Shown in pieces: positions 29,072 through 38,598 of a DNA stretch of 64,000 nt; the stretch's first letter is position 1; the number at the start of each line of letters is the position of its first letter. The stretch lies in the NCBI GenBank assembly GCA_017622505.1, contig JAGAQZ010000133.1:8920-72919 (forward strand), given 5' to 3'. This DNA is from Lachnospiraceae bacterium. Its GTDB lineage: Bacteria; Bacillota; Clostridia; Lachnospirales; Lachnospiraceae. The notes beneath the pieces are model-generated. The model saw only the letters and a list, made by a program, of their open reading frames with translations. It was not told where the DNA came from and did no database searches. A program made the position numbers and the translations under genes.

Positions 29072-30943
29072 CTAGAAAATCAATCCGAACAACAACGCAA
29101 ACGCTACGGTAATCACCGAAAATACCGCTGTTATCCAATATAAAATTTTAGCCTTCTTAGACACCTTCTCCGTGCGTCCGCTCTTCCAGAAGAATACCAT
29201 ATAAATCAATGACATCACACTGCCAAGCCAATACATAATTCCGGTTGACTTTACAGACGCCATCGGTGCTGAAGACATCAACATCAGCGTCATAAATGCA
29301 AAAACCAAACTGAATAAAGTAACATTTAAACACTGAATATAGTGATACTTGCGGAACTTACTCTCTTCTAACTTGCTCTTGTTGATTTTGCGCATGATAA
29401 AACCAAATATCGCAACCAGAACAACCAAAGACGAATAAAAATATCCAACCAGCATGGCAATCAAAGCAATTGCCTGCATCCAATAAGTAAACGCTGAATA
29501 AGATACATAATCCATTGTGGGCATCATAATCACCGTAGTTCCGTCATTATATGCATACATATGCCCAAGACTTCCTTCTGTCAGCATAATATTGCTTTCA
29601 TCCAGAATAGCAAACATCGGTAATTTACCAAGCATAGGCATAATCAGCTGATTCTGATCATTCAAGGTTAAAAACAACGCAGACATAAAACCGCTGAAAG
29701 TTGCCTTCCCGTCAATAACGGAATTACCCGCAACATAGACACCTTCATACACACGCAAGCCGCTAAGTTCCGGTGCTTTCGTAACTTCCGGTGCCCCAAA
29801 AACCGCTTCGGCAATCTTTGTTCCCAATTTGGTTTCATTATACTCGTTTGTCATATACGTAAGGCATGTCTTGCTTTCAGGCTCCATATATACATAAGCC
29901 GTCTGCGTCATCGACACACCACTCACACCATACACAGGCACACCCAAACGGTATACAAACATACCATGGGCAATTCTTGCTTCTTCCAAACCTGTATAAG
30001 CCAATGTAGTATCAAACAACGCCTCTGCCGTTTCTGCCTTATCAAAAAGCTTAGAACTTCCATCCTGCACTAATAATTCAGCAGCAAACTTATGAAAATC
30101 ATCCGCCGTACCGGTCACCATTCCTGCAGGATACAAAGGCACATGATAAAAGTTATTTGCAAGTGCAATATTTCCTGAATAAGACTTTACTTCCTTGCGG
30201 GCATTCATTACGGTTTCATTATCGGATAAATCCGGTAAAAGTGCCGTTTTCTCCATAGCAAGCGGTGTAAAAATATTCTCTTTTACATAGTCTGCATAGC
30301 TTACTCCGGATACATATTCCACAATATAGGCAGCAAGTGCTGCAGACCAGTCCGAAAGCGCAACCACATTGCCGGCAGCATAAGTCTGCTTTGGCATATT
30401 ATTGATTAATGTCTCTTCAAGGCTTGCATAAGCACTTCCCTGCGGAACAATTTTCTCAGAGAAGCTGTCGTGATATCCGGAAGAATAATTCATAAGATGC
30501 ATCAAAGTAACACCTTTACCATCGAATTCTTCCTTCAAATCACCTTCCGGAAGGTAGTTTGTAATATCAGTATCTAAATCAATCATTCCGTCTTCTGCTA
30601 ACTGTAAAACAGTTACCCAAATAAGAAGGTGAGATGCTGTGCCCCATTCAAATACTGTATTTTCATCTACTATGATGCTATTCTCTACATCAGCATGTCC
30701 GTAATTGCCGGAATAAACCATTTCGCCGCCAACAGACAATCGCACGGCACCGCCCGTAACTGTTATTTGCATTTCACTGTTAATAATATCTTCTAACACT
30801 GTTTGTGCTTCTGAAGCAGACAAACCGGACGGAAGTACTGCATCATTCTGTGCGTATGCCATAACAGGGCTACACAATATGAGTGCGGATAAAGCCACAC
30901 CCAAACCGGCCTTACATATATTTTTAACCTTTGTAAAGTTCAT
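29072..30943 (-). CDS. Beta-lactamase-fold (serine hydrolase family) membrane protein with degenerate catalytic motifs
   Basis: Signal peptide; VFEWG..., G.IDLDTDITNYLP, TLMHLMNYSSG and IFTPLAMEKT scaffold; C-terminal TM helices. The SxxK position reads TASH. Confidence 0.85.
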   Translation of the reverse strand: MNFTKVKNICKAGLGVALSALILCSPVMAYAQNDAVLPSGLSASEAQTVLEDIINSEMQITVTGGAVRLSVGGEMVYSGNYGHADVENSIIVDENTVFEWGTASHLLIWVTVLQLAEDGMIDLDTDITNYLPEGDLKEEFDGKGVTLMHLMNYSSGYHDSFSEKIVPQGSAYASLEETLINNMPKQTYAAGNVVALSDWSAALAAYIVEYVSGVSYADYVKENIFTPLAMEKTALLPDLSDNETVMNARKEVKSYSGNIALANNFYHVPLYPAGMVTGTADDFHKFAAELLVQDGSSKLFDKAETAEALFDTTLAYTGLEEARIAHGMFVYRLGVPVYGVSGVSMTQTAYVYMEPESKTCLTYMTNEYNETKLGTKIAEAVFGAPEVTKAPELSGLRVYEGVYVAGNSVIDGKATFSGFMSALFLTLNDQNQLIMPMLGKLPMFAILDESNIMLTEGSLGHMYAYNDGTTVIMMPTMDYVSYSAFTYWMQAIALIAMLVGYFYSSLVVLVAIFGFIMRKINKSKLEESKFRKYHYIQCLNVTLFSLVFAFMTLMLMSSAPMASVKSTGIMYWLGSVMSLIYMVFFWKSGRTEKVSKKAKILYWITAVFSVITVAFALLFGLIF

Positions 30944-31172
30944 AAAAAACCCTCTTTCCCAAGCATTTCATTGCGAAGAGTCAACACAGATATCATTTAG
31001 CATCTGCCATATAGGCTATTTGTTTTCGCACAAAAACAAATAACCATATTAAAATGACTCAACTTCTTGTATTTTATCATAAACTCAAGATGTGGTAAAT
31101 ATATGAAAGTACTAAATAAAATATCTATTAGGTCTTCGTCATTTTTACCAAATCAGCATTGCCATAAAAAAA

Positions 31173-31195
31173 GCGGTACCCTTTACGGATACCGC
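31173..31195 (-). terminator. Intrinsic terminator after khpA
   Basis: Minus strand GCGGUAUCC-guaaa-GGGUACCGC-UUUUUUU. Confidence 0.8.
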
Positions 31196-31202
31196 CCATT
31201 GA

Positions 31203-31430
31203 TTAAAGAATATCTACATCAACTCTCAAATCATCTTTGGTAGATGCAGCTTTCACTACACAACGGATTGCTTTTGCAATACGTCCCTGCTTACCGATTA
31301 CCTTACCCATATCTGAGGGTGCAACATGAAGTTCAAGTTTAACGTTCTTGCCTTCGATTTTTTCCTCTACGGTTACTTCATCGGGATTATCAACGAGAGC
31401 TTTTGCAATTACCTCTACTAATTCTTTCAT
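31203..31430 (-). CDS. khpA: KH-domain RNA-binding protein KhpA
   Basis: DMGKVIGKQGRIAKAIR; follows rpsP. Confidence 0.95.
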   Translation of the reverse strand: MKELVEVIAKALVDNPDEVTVEEKIEGKNVKLELHVAPSDMGKVIGKQGRIAKAIRCVVKAASTKDDLRVDVDIL

Positions 31431-31460
31431 AATCCACCTCCAAAAGTGTTATGAGAAGTC

Positions 31461-31706
31461 TTATTTCTCAATACCTGCGAGTTTGAAAATCTTGCTAACA
31501 ACTTCTGTAGGCTGAGCACCGTTTGCAAGCCACTTCTTTGCAAGTTCTTCGTTTACCTTGAATTCACTGGGATCAGTGTTAGGGTTGTATGTTCCGATTT
31601 CTTCGATGCACTTACCATCTCTGGGTGATCTTGAATCTGCTACAACGATTCTGTAAATAGGGTTTCTCTTGTATCCCATTCTTCTTAATCTGATTTTTAC
31701 TGCCAT
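31461..31706 (-). CDS. rpsP: 30S ribosomal protein S16
   Basis: [11 protein letters not shown]...[14 protein letters not shown]. Confidence 0.99.
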   Translation of the reverse strand: MAVKIRLRRMGYKRNPIYRIVVADSRSPRDGKCIEEIGTYNPNTDPSEFKVNEELAKKWLANGAQPTEVVSKIFKLAGIEK

Positions 31707-31807
31707 TTTTCTTTACCTCCAAATGTGTAACTATAAAATAATTTGTTTATTGAGTTCTCTGAACTCTTTAAATGCATATGTGTCATAAACACAATTTGCA
31801 ATTTATG

Positions 31808-33157
31808 TTAAAAGGGAAAACGCATTCTTCCTCTTTTACCACGTCCGCCCATCATACCGGGAAGCTGTTTCATCATCTTCTGCGACTGTTCAAACTGCTT
31901 GATAAAACGGTTTACCACCGCAATATCCACACCTGCGCCCTTTGCGATACGATGTTTTCTCTTGGGATTCAAAATCTTCGGATTTGCACGCTCCTGCGGT
32001 GTCATTGATAAAACAATGGCTTCCATTCTGGCCATCTGCTTTTCATCAATCTGACCTTCCAAATCCGCTGCAGATACTCCCATACCGGGCATCATTCCTA
32101 AAATAGCAGAAAGACCACCCATTTTCTTCATCTGCTTCATTGACTCAAGATAATCGTTAAAATCAAATTTGCCCTTCTTCATTCTGGACATCATTTCTTT
32201 TTCTTTATCTTCGTCAATTTCAATGTTTTCCTGTGCTTTTTCAATTAAGGTAAGCACATCACCCATACCCAGGATTCGATTGGCCATTCTGTCCGGATGG
32301 AACTGTTCCAAATCAGAAAGTTTCTCGCCCATACCGACATAAAGAATCGGCTTACCGGTTACGGCTCTTACTGACAATGCCGCACCACCTCGTGCATCAC
32401 CGTCCATCTTGGAAAGGACAACACCGTCTACGCCAATCTGATCATTGAACTCGCTAGCCACGTTTACGGCATCCTGACCGGTCATTGCATCTACAACCAA
32501 AAGTGTCTGATGCACATCAACATTAGCCTTGATTGCCTTTAACTCTTCCATCATATCACTGTCTACGTGCAAACGACCTGCAGTATCCAGGATAACAATG
32601 TTGTGACCGTTTTTATTCGCATGCTCAATTGCCGCCTTGGCTATATTTACAGGGCTATGACCGTCTCCCATGGAGAAGAAATCAACTCCCTGATTCTGGG
32701 CATTTAATTCCAACTGTTTAATAGCCGCAGGACGATACACGTCACAGGCTACCAATAATGACTTCTTGCCTTTCAACTTAAGCTTCCCTGCAATCTTTGC
32801 AGTGGTTGTTGTTTTACCGGCACCCTGAAGACCACACATCATAATGACGGTAATCGCTTTACCGGGCTGTAAGGCAATTTCTGTAGTTTCGCTTCCCATT
32901 AAGGCAATCATCTCTTCGTTTACGATTTTGATTACCATTTGGCCGGGATTCAAACCGTTTAAAACCTCTTCGCCAACTGCACGCTCTTCCACGGATTTCA
33001 TAAACTGTTTTACGACACGGAAAGAAACGTCAGCTTCCAAAAGGGCCATTTTTACTTCTTTTAAAGCTTTCTTTACGTCCTCTTCGGTAAGACGACCTTT
33101 TTTACGTAAGCCTTTGAAGACATTTTGAAGTTTATCGGTTAAGCTTTCAAAAGCCAT
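31808..33157 (-). CDS. ffh: Signal recognition particle protein Ffh
   Basis: GLQGAGKTT, DTAGRL, SKMDGDARGG, RILGMGD and the Met-rich M domain. Confidence 0.99.
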   Translation of the reverse strand: MAFESLTDKLQNVFKGLRKKGRLTEEDVKKALKEVKMALLEADVSFRVVKQFMKSVEERAVGEEVLNGLNPGQMVIKIVNEEMIALMGSETTEIALQPGKAITVIMMCGLQGAGKTTTTAKIAGKLKLKGKKSLLVACDVYRPAAIKQLELNAQNQGVDFFSMGDGHSPVNIAKAAIEHANKNGHNIVILDTAGRLHVDSDMMEELKAIKANVDVHQTLLVVDAMTGQDAVNVASEFNDQIGVDGVVLSKMDGDARGGAALSVRAVTGKPILYVGMGEKLSDLEQFHPDRMANRILGMGDVLTLIEKAQENIEIDEDKEKEMMSRMKKGKFDFNDYLESMKQMKKMGGLSAILGMMPGMGVSAADLEGQIDEKQMARMEAIVLSMTPQERANPKILNPKRKHRIAKGAGVDIAVVNRFIKQFEQSQKMMKQLPGMMGGRGKRGRMRFPF

Positions 33158-33158
33158 T

Positions 33159-33515
33159 TTATAACTCCTCTAAAATTTCATTGGAACGAATACGGATTTC
33201 ACCGCATTTCTTCTTCATCATTTCAGCATCTTCCAATGCATCTATTTCATCCAGCACCCGGTGAATTTCAGCGGCGCTTTCCTTTATTTTCATAAACTTC
33301 TCGATTAAATGAAGTTTATTCTCATACTCGTTTAAAATCTTATCGCATCGTTTCAACAAATCATGCACGCCCTGACGGCTGATTTCATACTGCTCTGCGA
33401 TTTCACTTAAGGACATATCATTTAAAACCGCCTCTTCATATACAGCCTTCTGATGTTCTGTTAAAAGTTCACCATAAAAGTCGTATAACATACCTCTTTC
33501 CACGATTTTTTCCAT
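33159..33515 (-). CDS. ylxM: YlxM family SRP-associated protein (UPF0122)
   Basis: LYDFYGELLT..Q...DMSLSEIAE...SRQGVHD. Start ATG 33515 (SD AGGAGA). Confidence 0.93.
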   Translation of the reverse strand: MEKIVERGMLYDFYGELLTEHQKAVYEEAVLNDMSLSEIAEQYEISRQGVHDLLKRCDKILNEYENKLHLIEKFMKIKESAAEIHRVLDEIDALEDAEMMKKKCGEIRIRSNEILEEL

Positions 33516-33619
33516 GATAGTTCTCCTTGTTGTGATGGAAATATGCCTAAATAAAATGAAACACTTAAAAATCTTGATTTTTAAGACTATATGGGCATAA
33601 TTATCCCACAACCTTGCTT

Positions 33620-33667
33620 ATCATACAACAAAGAAAACACACTGTCAAGTATTTTTTCTTGACAGTG
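33620..33667 (-). promoter_or_regulatory. Sigma-A promoter of ylxM-ffh with a palindrome over the -35
   Basis: TTGACA (33648-33643)-17 nt-TATGAT (33625-33620); inverted repeat CACTGTCAAG-N8-CTTGACAGTG at 33640-33667. Confidence 0.75.
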
Positions 33668-33815
33668 CGCAAATATTTTATAGGACGCAAGAGGGAAAGA
33701 TTTCTATGTTATAAACAATTATGAAATCTAAAATCATAAGACGATATGTAATGTCCTAAATTCGCTTATATGCATAGTACTTTCTAAAAAAACTCTTCCA
33801 TTTATATTACAGTAC

Positions 33816-33958
33816 ACAGTCTGTGCCTTGTATATATTTTTCGAAGGGCGTTTGTGTTCGTCGGTACTTAGGTTGCGTCCTATGCAACCTTATGTACCGT
33901 TGCGTAACACAACCGAGCGAGAGCGTCCCTGAGAAGAATATATACAAAGCACAGCCGT
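33816..33958. other. Orphan ~143-nt rod-like imperfect hairpin (candidate ncRNA or palindromic element)
   Basis: Near-continuous stem 33821-33850/33924-33954 with inner stems TTGTGTT/AACACAA, CGGTAC/GTACCG and AGGTTGC/GCAACCT; no ORF. Confidence 0.7.
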
Positions 33959-33966
33959 CCTAAAAT

Positions 33967-33993
33967 AAAAAGGGACGAAATTACATTCGTCCC
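33967..33993 (-). terminator. Intrinsic terminator ending the che/sigD transcription unit
   Basis: Minus strand GGGACGAA-uguaau-UUCGUCCC-UUUUU, overlapping the stop of 33981..34625. Confidence 0.8.
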
Positions 33994-34625
33994 GCTAAAA
34001 TTTCAGCAATCATATCCCAATCCGCCGTTCTTGGTATTTCATGTTTTCCGGTCTGAAGAATTTTATCATATCCGTTAGCACATAGGAAATCATCGTACAT
34101 CATAGCATCTTCCACCATACCTAAAGCTTCCAATTTGCGACTAACCGTATCGGAACCGTCACCGGCTCCCACTTCCACAATCACATATTCATCAATTACT
34201 TCACTGGTCTGTGATTCAGAATTTGCCTCTGAAGTCACCTCCGAATCGCTTTCAGAAGTGTTTTCCTCCGAGTCGGTTTCTTCCGATGTTTCCGTATCTG
34301 AAGTACCCTCTGTATTTTCAGACCCGATTTCTTCTGATACTTCCGCTTCCTCTGAAGTTACCAAAGATGCATCCTCGCCTTCCGAAATTGCATTCTCAGA
34401 ATCTTCTTCCGAACTCATTTCCGAAATATCTTCTGATACTTCTTCACTTGTTTTACCATCGGCAAGCTGCGATAATGTTACACTTTCCACCATACCAAGT
34501 TCTTTGGCTCTTGCAATAATCTCTTCATCCGTAAGGCTTTCTTTTCCGCCACCGGCAAGCGTAAGAACCAATGCCGTAACCGCAATACCGATTCCAAGCC
34601 CTCTCAGATAGTATTTTAATTTCAT
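33981..34625 (-). CDS. Membrane-anchored hypothetical protein with a Ser/Glu-rich linker and a C-terminal MltG/YceG-N-terminal-like domain
   Basis: N-terminal TM (LRGLGIGIAVTALVL), acidic linker, then VEVGAGDGSDTVSRKLEALG...LQTGKHEIP. Confidence 0.7.
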   Translation of the reverse strand: MKLKYYLRGLGIGIAVTALVLTLAGGGKESLTDEEIIARAKELGMVESVTLSQLADGKTSEEVSEDISEMSSEEDSENAISEGEDASLVTSEEAEVSEEIGSENTEGTSDTETSEETDSEENTSESDSEVTSEANSESQTSEVIDEYVIVEVGAGDGSDTVSRKLEALGMVEDAMMYDDFLCANGYDKILQTGKHEIPRTADWDMIAEILAGRM

Positions 34626-34648
34626 ACGAAATAACTCCTCGTTTGCTT

Positions 34649-35539
34649 TTAACTCTGCTGATATAAGTCTATAACCAGCTTAACTTCGCCCACACCAAGT
34701 CCTAATTCTTTTGCAATTGCAATGTTTGACTTTCCTTCATTGTGTAAGGCAAGAATCTTTTCATTGTGATTGCCCTGACCTGCTCCACCGGCAAAAGTAG
34801 GCATTGATGCAATATCTTTTTTGGTAGCTGTTTTCGTTGCTGGTTTCTTTTTGGTAGTAGACTTCTTTTCTTTATTTGCGCTGTCTGCTTTAGATGCTTC
34901 CGCAATATCCTTATTGGCAATTTCAGCAATGATTTCACCTTCGCTTTTTCCCTTCTTCTTCGGAAAAAGTTCGGCATAAATCTCGTCCACGCTGGTTTCT
35001 TTCCCATCTAAAATAACCGTACCGTCTTCCGTCATTTCATAAACAGGCTCCTGTGTCGTCAAAATACCTTCAGCCTCGGCACGTTCCACAACCTCTTTGA
35101 CGCTCATCACAGCCTCTTTGGCCTGATTTACTTCGTGTACAGCCTTTCTTGCTTCCTTGGTACTCTGATCCACGGTAGCAACGGTACTCTTAATGTTATC
35201 ATACTTATCGTTCAGCATAGAATACAAAAATACCGCTTCTTCATGATTTTTGTTAATATCCTGAAGCACCGTATCCGAATATTCATTCACAGCCATAATC
35301 TTTTCGTTTGACACACGTTCAAGACTTCGCTCTGCCTTTTCAACCGCATCTTTAACCGTTTCGTCAACGCTTTCGGATAATTTCTCCTTGGCATCTTTTA
35401 GCTGCTCATCTACCATTTTTTGAATCTGTTCGCGCTGTTTCTTTTCATCAGATGCGTCATTTTTCTTCTCCGGAAGAATAAAACTTACGATAAAAACAAT
35501 GATTCCGCCCAACAGACACACTATCTGCAACCAGTTCAT
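34649..35539 (-). CDS. DUF6115-like protein (SwrB-position gene): TM, coiled coil and C-terminal HTH
   Basis: N-terminal TM; C-terminal GKSNIAIAKELGLGVGEVKLVIDL; lies downstream of sigD. Confidence 0.7.
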   Translation of the reverse strand: MNWLQIVCLLGGIIVFIVSFILPEKKNDASDEKKQREQIQKMVDEQLKDAKEKLSESVDETVKDAVEKAERSLERVSNEKIMAVNEYSDTVLQDINKNHEEAVFLYSMLNDKYDNIKSTVATVDQSTKEARKAVHEVNQAKEAVMSVKEVVERAEAEGILTTQEPVYEMTEDGTVILDGKETSVDEIYAELFPKKKGKSEGEIIAEIANKDIAEASKADSANKEKKSTTKKKPATKTATKKDIASMPTFAGGAGQGNHNEKILALHNEGKSNIAIAKELGLGVGEVKLVIDLYQQS

Positions 35540-35552
35540 TTGTTAAAACTCC

Positions 35553-35867
35553 TTAAATCCTTATATCGAAACCGCCGGTTTTCTTTTCTGTTACAATACC
35601 GTCCGTTTTCTTTTTATCTTTTTTATTTTTATTTTTGTTATCCTGATAAGAACCGTTACCTTTTTCTTTCGTGTCATACCGATATTCGTGATATTCCGCA
35701 TTATCTGCCTGATTCACCTGCTGATTCTGATCCTGTACCTTCTTCTGCACATTATTCAAAATATTACTCTGGTCAATCATTGGTTTATTATCTTCGTTCT
35801 GCTTAAAAAGAGAAATATCCTGGGAACGGGTTACCATACCGGTCATCTCTATCGGTCCGATTGCCAT
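35553..35867 (-). CDS. Conserved hypothetical protein of the flagellar cluster
   Basis: 104 aa with SD AAAGGAG; C-terminus GGFDIRI. Confidence 0.7.
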   Translation of the reverse strand: MAIGPIEMTGMVTRSQDISLFKQNEDNKPMIDQSNILNNVQKKVQDQNQQVNQADNAEYHEYRYDTKEKGNGSYQDNKNKNKKDKKKTDGIVTEKKTGGFDIRI

Positions 35868-35885
35868 AATTTTCTCCTTTCTGCA

Positions 35886-37472
35886 TTACAAAGCCATCAT
35901 TCTTACATCACCACCGGATTTCATAAATTTACAATACTTATAATCCTGTTTTAATGTCATCGATACATCATTAAAAGCAATCTTGGTTCCGGCATAGGCA
36001 ACATCTCTAACTTCAACTTTTGCCGCAGTTTCGTGACATAACAGATCATCAATCTCTTCATATTCTTTCATGTCACTCTCGATTTTTTGCTGTAACTGTT
36101 TAAAAGCAATGGCCATTTCCTGAATATATTTCAATTGCTCCTTACTCATTTTAACACCGGCTACCAACTTCTGATTAGAAGCAAGCAATACCGGTTGTAA
36201 CTGTTTCATACTCTTTTGATTATTAGCAATCTGTTCCTGAAGTTCCTGATAACGCACCTTTACTGCCGGATTCACGCCTAACTCCAACAAAGTATCAGCC
36301 CCCATCTGGGACCCCAACGTCTTAGCCGTAATTAAATTGGTCGCACATACCGTAGCGCCTGAAATCAAGCCTTTTTTGCCACCGACATTCACTTCTGTCC
36401 CTGCCAAAACCGTTGCATGAAGAATTACTTCTGTTTCCACAAAACCTTTGGCCGTCACATCCGCATTCTCAATGTATTTGGAAATAATATTTCCGCCGGC
36501 TTTTAATACAGCCTTACCTTTACCATTAACGCCACGGGCTATGGTAATATCGCCGCCTGCCTCCAAAACAGCGCCTTCCACAACACCCATTATCTCGATA
36601 TTGCCCTTGGCTCTAACCGTAAAATTCGAACATACATTACCGGAAATCTTCACGGTACCTTCATAATTGATATCGCCTGTAGAGTTGTCAACGTTCTCAG
36701 CAGTATAAACATCTGATACGAAAATTTTATCATCTACAAGAGTAACGTGACCATTTACTTCACAATAGGCTTCCGTATGTTCTTCATTTACATATACATT
36801 TCGACCATAACGCAATTTCAAACGCTTTACATCTCTGGGTTTTACCGGTTCTCCGCATACATTCACACCGTATTCACCGGGATCCTCCCTTGTAAGACGT
36901 GCAAGTAAATCGTCTTTTTTAACATGATTCATTGTATTCAGATTAAAAAAGTCAACGCTGCCGTCTTCATTCAAAGTAGGTCGGGCTCTTAAATCCGTTT
37001 TAAAAAAATATTCAATGGACGCATCGGTACCATGACGCACCGGTTTGCCCACTGCCATAACAATATCTGTACAATATACTCTTTTTTGAAGGAATGAATC
37101 CACTACAGATTCATCAACGCCAAATTGCACTCCGGCAGTACGCAAATCCGCATAAATATCATCTTTCTCTAACTTAAATCCCTGAACGGAAGGAGGATAA
37201 AAACGCACTATCGCTTCCATCTTGTTAGGCGCAATGGTTGTTACCATCATTTCGCGTTCCTGGTAACGTTTCACTGCATCCAACTGAAACACACCTTTAT
37301 CCGTAATCGACTGTACTTTACGGTTAAGGTCTGTAAGTTCATACCCTATTCCTTTTCGCTGCAGATATTCCGCCAATTCATTAATATTAACGGGTTCTCC
37401 ACCATCTGTAGCTGCGTAAATCCGGAGAAATGTACCTTCCGGACGCAAGTCCAACTGAAAAAATCCGTTCAT
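35886..37472 (-). CDS. FapA/DUF342 family protein
   Basis: DGSVDF, VDNSTGDINYEGTVKISGNV and beta-helix-like repeats. Confidence 0.88.
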   Translation of the reverse strand: MNGFFQLDLRPEGTFLRIYAATDGGEPVNINELAEYLQRKGIGYELTDLNRKVQSITDKGVFQLDAVKRYQEREMMVTTIAPNKMEAIVRFYPPSVQGFKLEKDDIYADLRTAGVQFGVDESVVDSFLQKRVYCTDIVMAVGKPVRHGTDASIEYFFKTDLRARPTLNEDGSVDFFNLNTMNHVKKDDLLARLTREDPGEYGVNVCGEPVKPRDVKRLKLRYGRNVYVNEEHTEAYCEVNGHVTLVDDKIFVSDVYTAENVDNSTGDINYEGTVKISGNVCSNFTVRAKGNIEIMGVVEGAVLEAGGDITIARGVNGKGKAVLKAGGNIISKYIENADVTAKGFVETEVILHATVLAGTEVNVGGKKGLISGATVCATNLITAKTLGSQMGADTLLELGVNPAVKVRYQELQEQIANNQKSMKQLQPVLLASNQKLVAGVKMSKEQLKYIQEMAIAFKQLQQKIESDMKEYEEIDDLLCHETAAKVEVRDVAYAGTKIAFNDVSMTLKQDYKYCKFMKSGGDVRMMAL

Positions 37473-37485
37473 TCAAATTCCTCCG

Positions 37486-38256
37486 TTAGAATCCCTCTAA
37501 AACACCAACATACTTGCCCATTTTGGTCTTCATTTTCTGAAGTGCCTTGGTATGTAACTGCGAAATTCGCGACTCCGAAACCTCTAACACATTACTGATT
37601 TCTTTCAAAGTCAAATCTTCATAATAATATAAAAGAATAACTTTTCTTTCTTTTTCTGTCAGAAGCTCCAGTGCATCCATCAACATTTCCTTTAATTCTG
37701 CCTGTTCCATTACCTTCTCAGGCGCGTCAAAATGTCTGGATACATTTGCTTTTTCATTGGAAATATCGGTCCCCATCTCCAGATATTCATTCAACGAAAC
37801 AACACTTGTCACCTTCATCTGCGACTGCCATTCGCAATACTCATCATCGCTGATTCCCAATGCAGTAGCGATTTCGCTGTCCGTTGCCGGTCTGCCAAAT
37901 TCGCTTTCAATCTCTTTCATGGCTGCATCAATCTGACGCTGACGCTGACGAACGGTTCTTGGAATCCAGTCCATTTTACGGATCTGGTCCAAAATCGCGC
38001 CACGAATTCGAAGGCTGGCATAAGTCTCAAACTTAACCTCTTTTCTGGAATCAAACTTGTCAATGGCATCAATCAAACCAAAAATACCATAACTGACCAA
38101 ATCCTCATATTCCACGTTATAGCCTAAGTACATACTTAAACGACCGGCTACCACTTTAACAAGAGGCGCATATTCCAATATAATTTTTTCTCTGACTTCA
38201 GATGATTTCGTTCTTTGATAATCATCCCACAGTCTTTTTCTGCCTAATTCATCCAT
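37486..38256 (-). CDS. fliA: Flagellar sigma factor sigma-28 (FliA/SigD)
   Basis: EDLVSYGIFGLIDAIDKFD, FETYASLRIRGAILDQIR and EVSESRISQLH motifs. Confidence 0.96.
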   Translation of the reverse strand: MDELGRKRLWDDYQRTKSSEVREKIILEYAPLVKVVAGRLSMYLGYNVEYEDLVSYGIFGLIDAIDKFDSRKEVKFETYASLRIRGAILDQIRKMDWIPRTVRQRQRQIDAAMKEIESEFGRPATDSEIATALGISDDEYCEWQSQMKVTSVVSLNEYLEMGTDISNEKANVSRHFDAPEKVMEQAELKEMLMDALELLTEKERKVILLYYYEDLTLKEISNVLEVSESRISQLHTKALQKMKTKMGKYVGVLEGF

Positions 38257-38307
38257 GTAACGTCCTCCGGCAATACACTTGCCACCTTTTCCCCATTTTT
38301 ATCAGTT

Positions 38308-38580
38308 CTACTCTGTTTTCTTTGCCTCAACATTTTGAACAGAACCTTCTTCTTCCGAAGACTCTTCATTCTCTTCAGCGGCGGGTTCTTCTTTTGCTTT
38401 CGGCGGGCAATCCATAATCATTTTCATTGCTACAACACCGAGTACGTAAAACACCAACAAAACCGCAAGAAGAATCAATAGCATTATATGCATCTCTACA
38501 TTCAATACAAATAATGTTATGCTGGTGATTGCACCTGCCAGAAGTGTTACAAACGCAGGTAATAATCTGATTTTCTTCAT
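38308..38580 (-). CDS. Small two-TM hypothetical membrane protein
   Basis: Two hydrophobic helices and an acidic tail; SD GAAAGGTGA before ATG 38580. Confidence 0.7.
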   Translation of the reverse strand: MKKIRLLPAFVTLLAGAITSITLFVLNVEMHIMLLILLAVLLVFYVLGVVAMKMIMDCPPKAKEEPAAEENEESSEEEGSVQNVEAKKTE

Positions 38581-38598
38581 AAAAAGTCTCACCTTTCG

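Noticed and set aside
33159-33611. Track's 150-aa version of YlxM, and similar over-extended starts for der, rbgA, fliQ, motB, flhA, the HAD gene and the response regulator
   Set aside because: Downstream ATGs have proper SD sequences and give family-typical N-termini.
33816-33958. Identification of the long hairpin as SRP RNA (ffs) or 6S RNA
   Set aside because: No CAGG...GGAA...GCAGC SRP core despite the proximity to ffh; too short and lacking the two-sided central bubble of 6S. Kept as an unidentified element.
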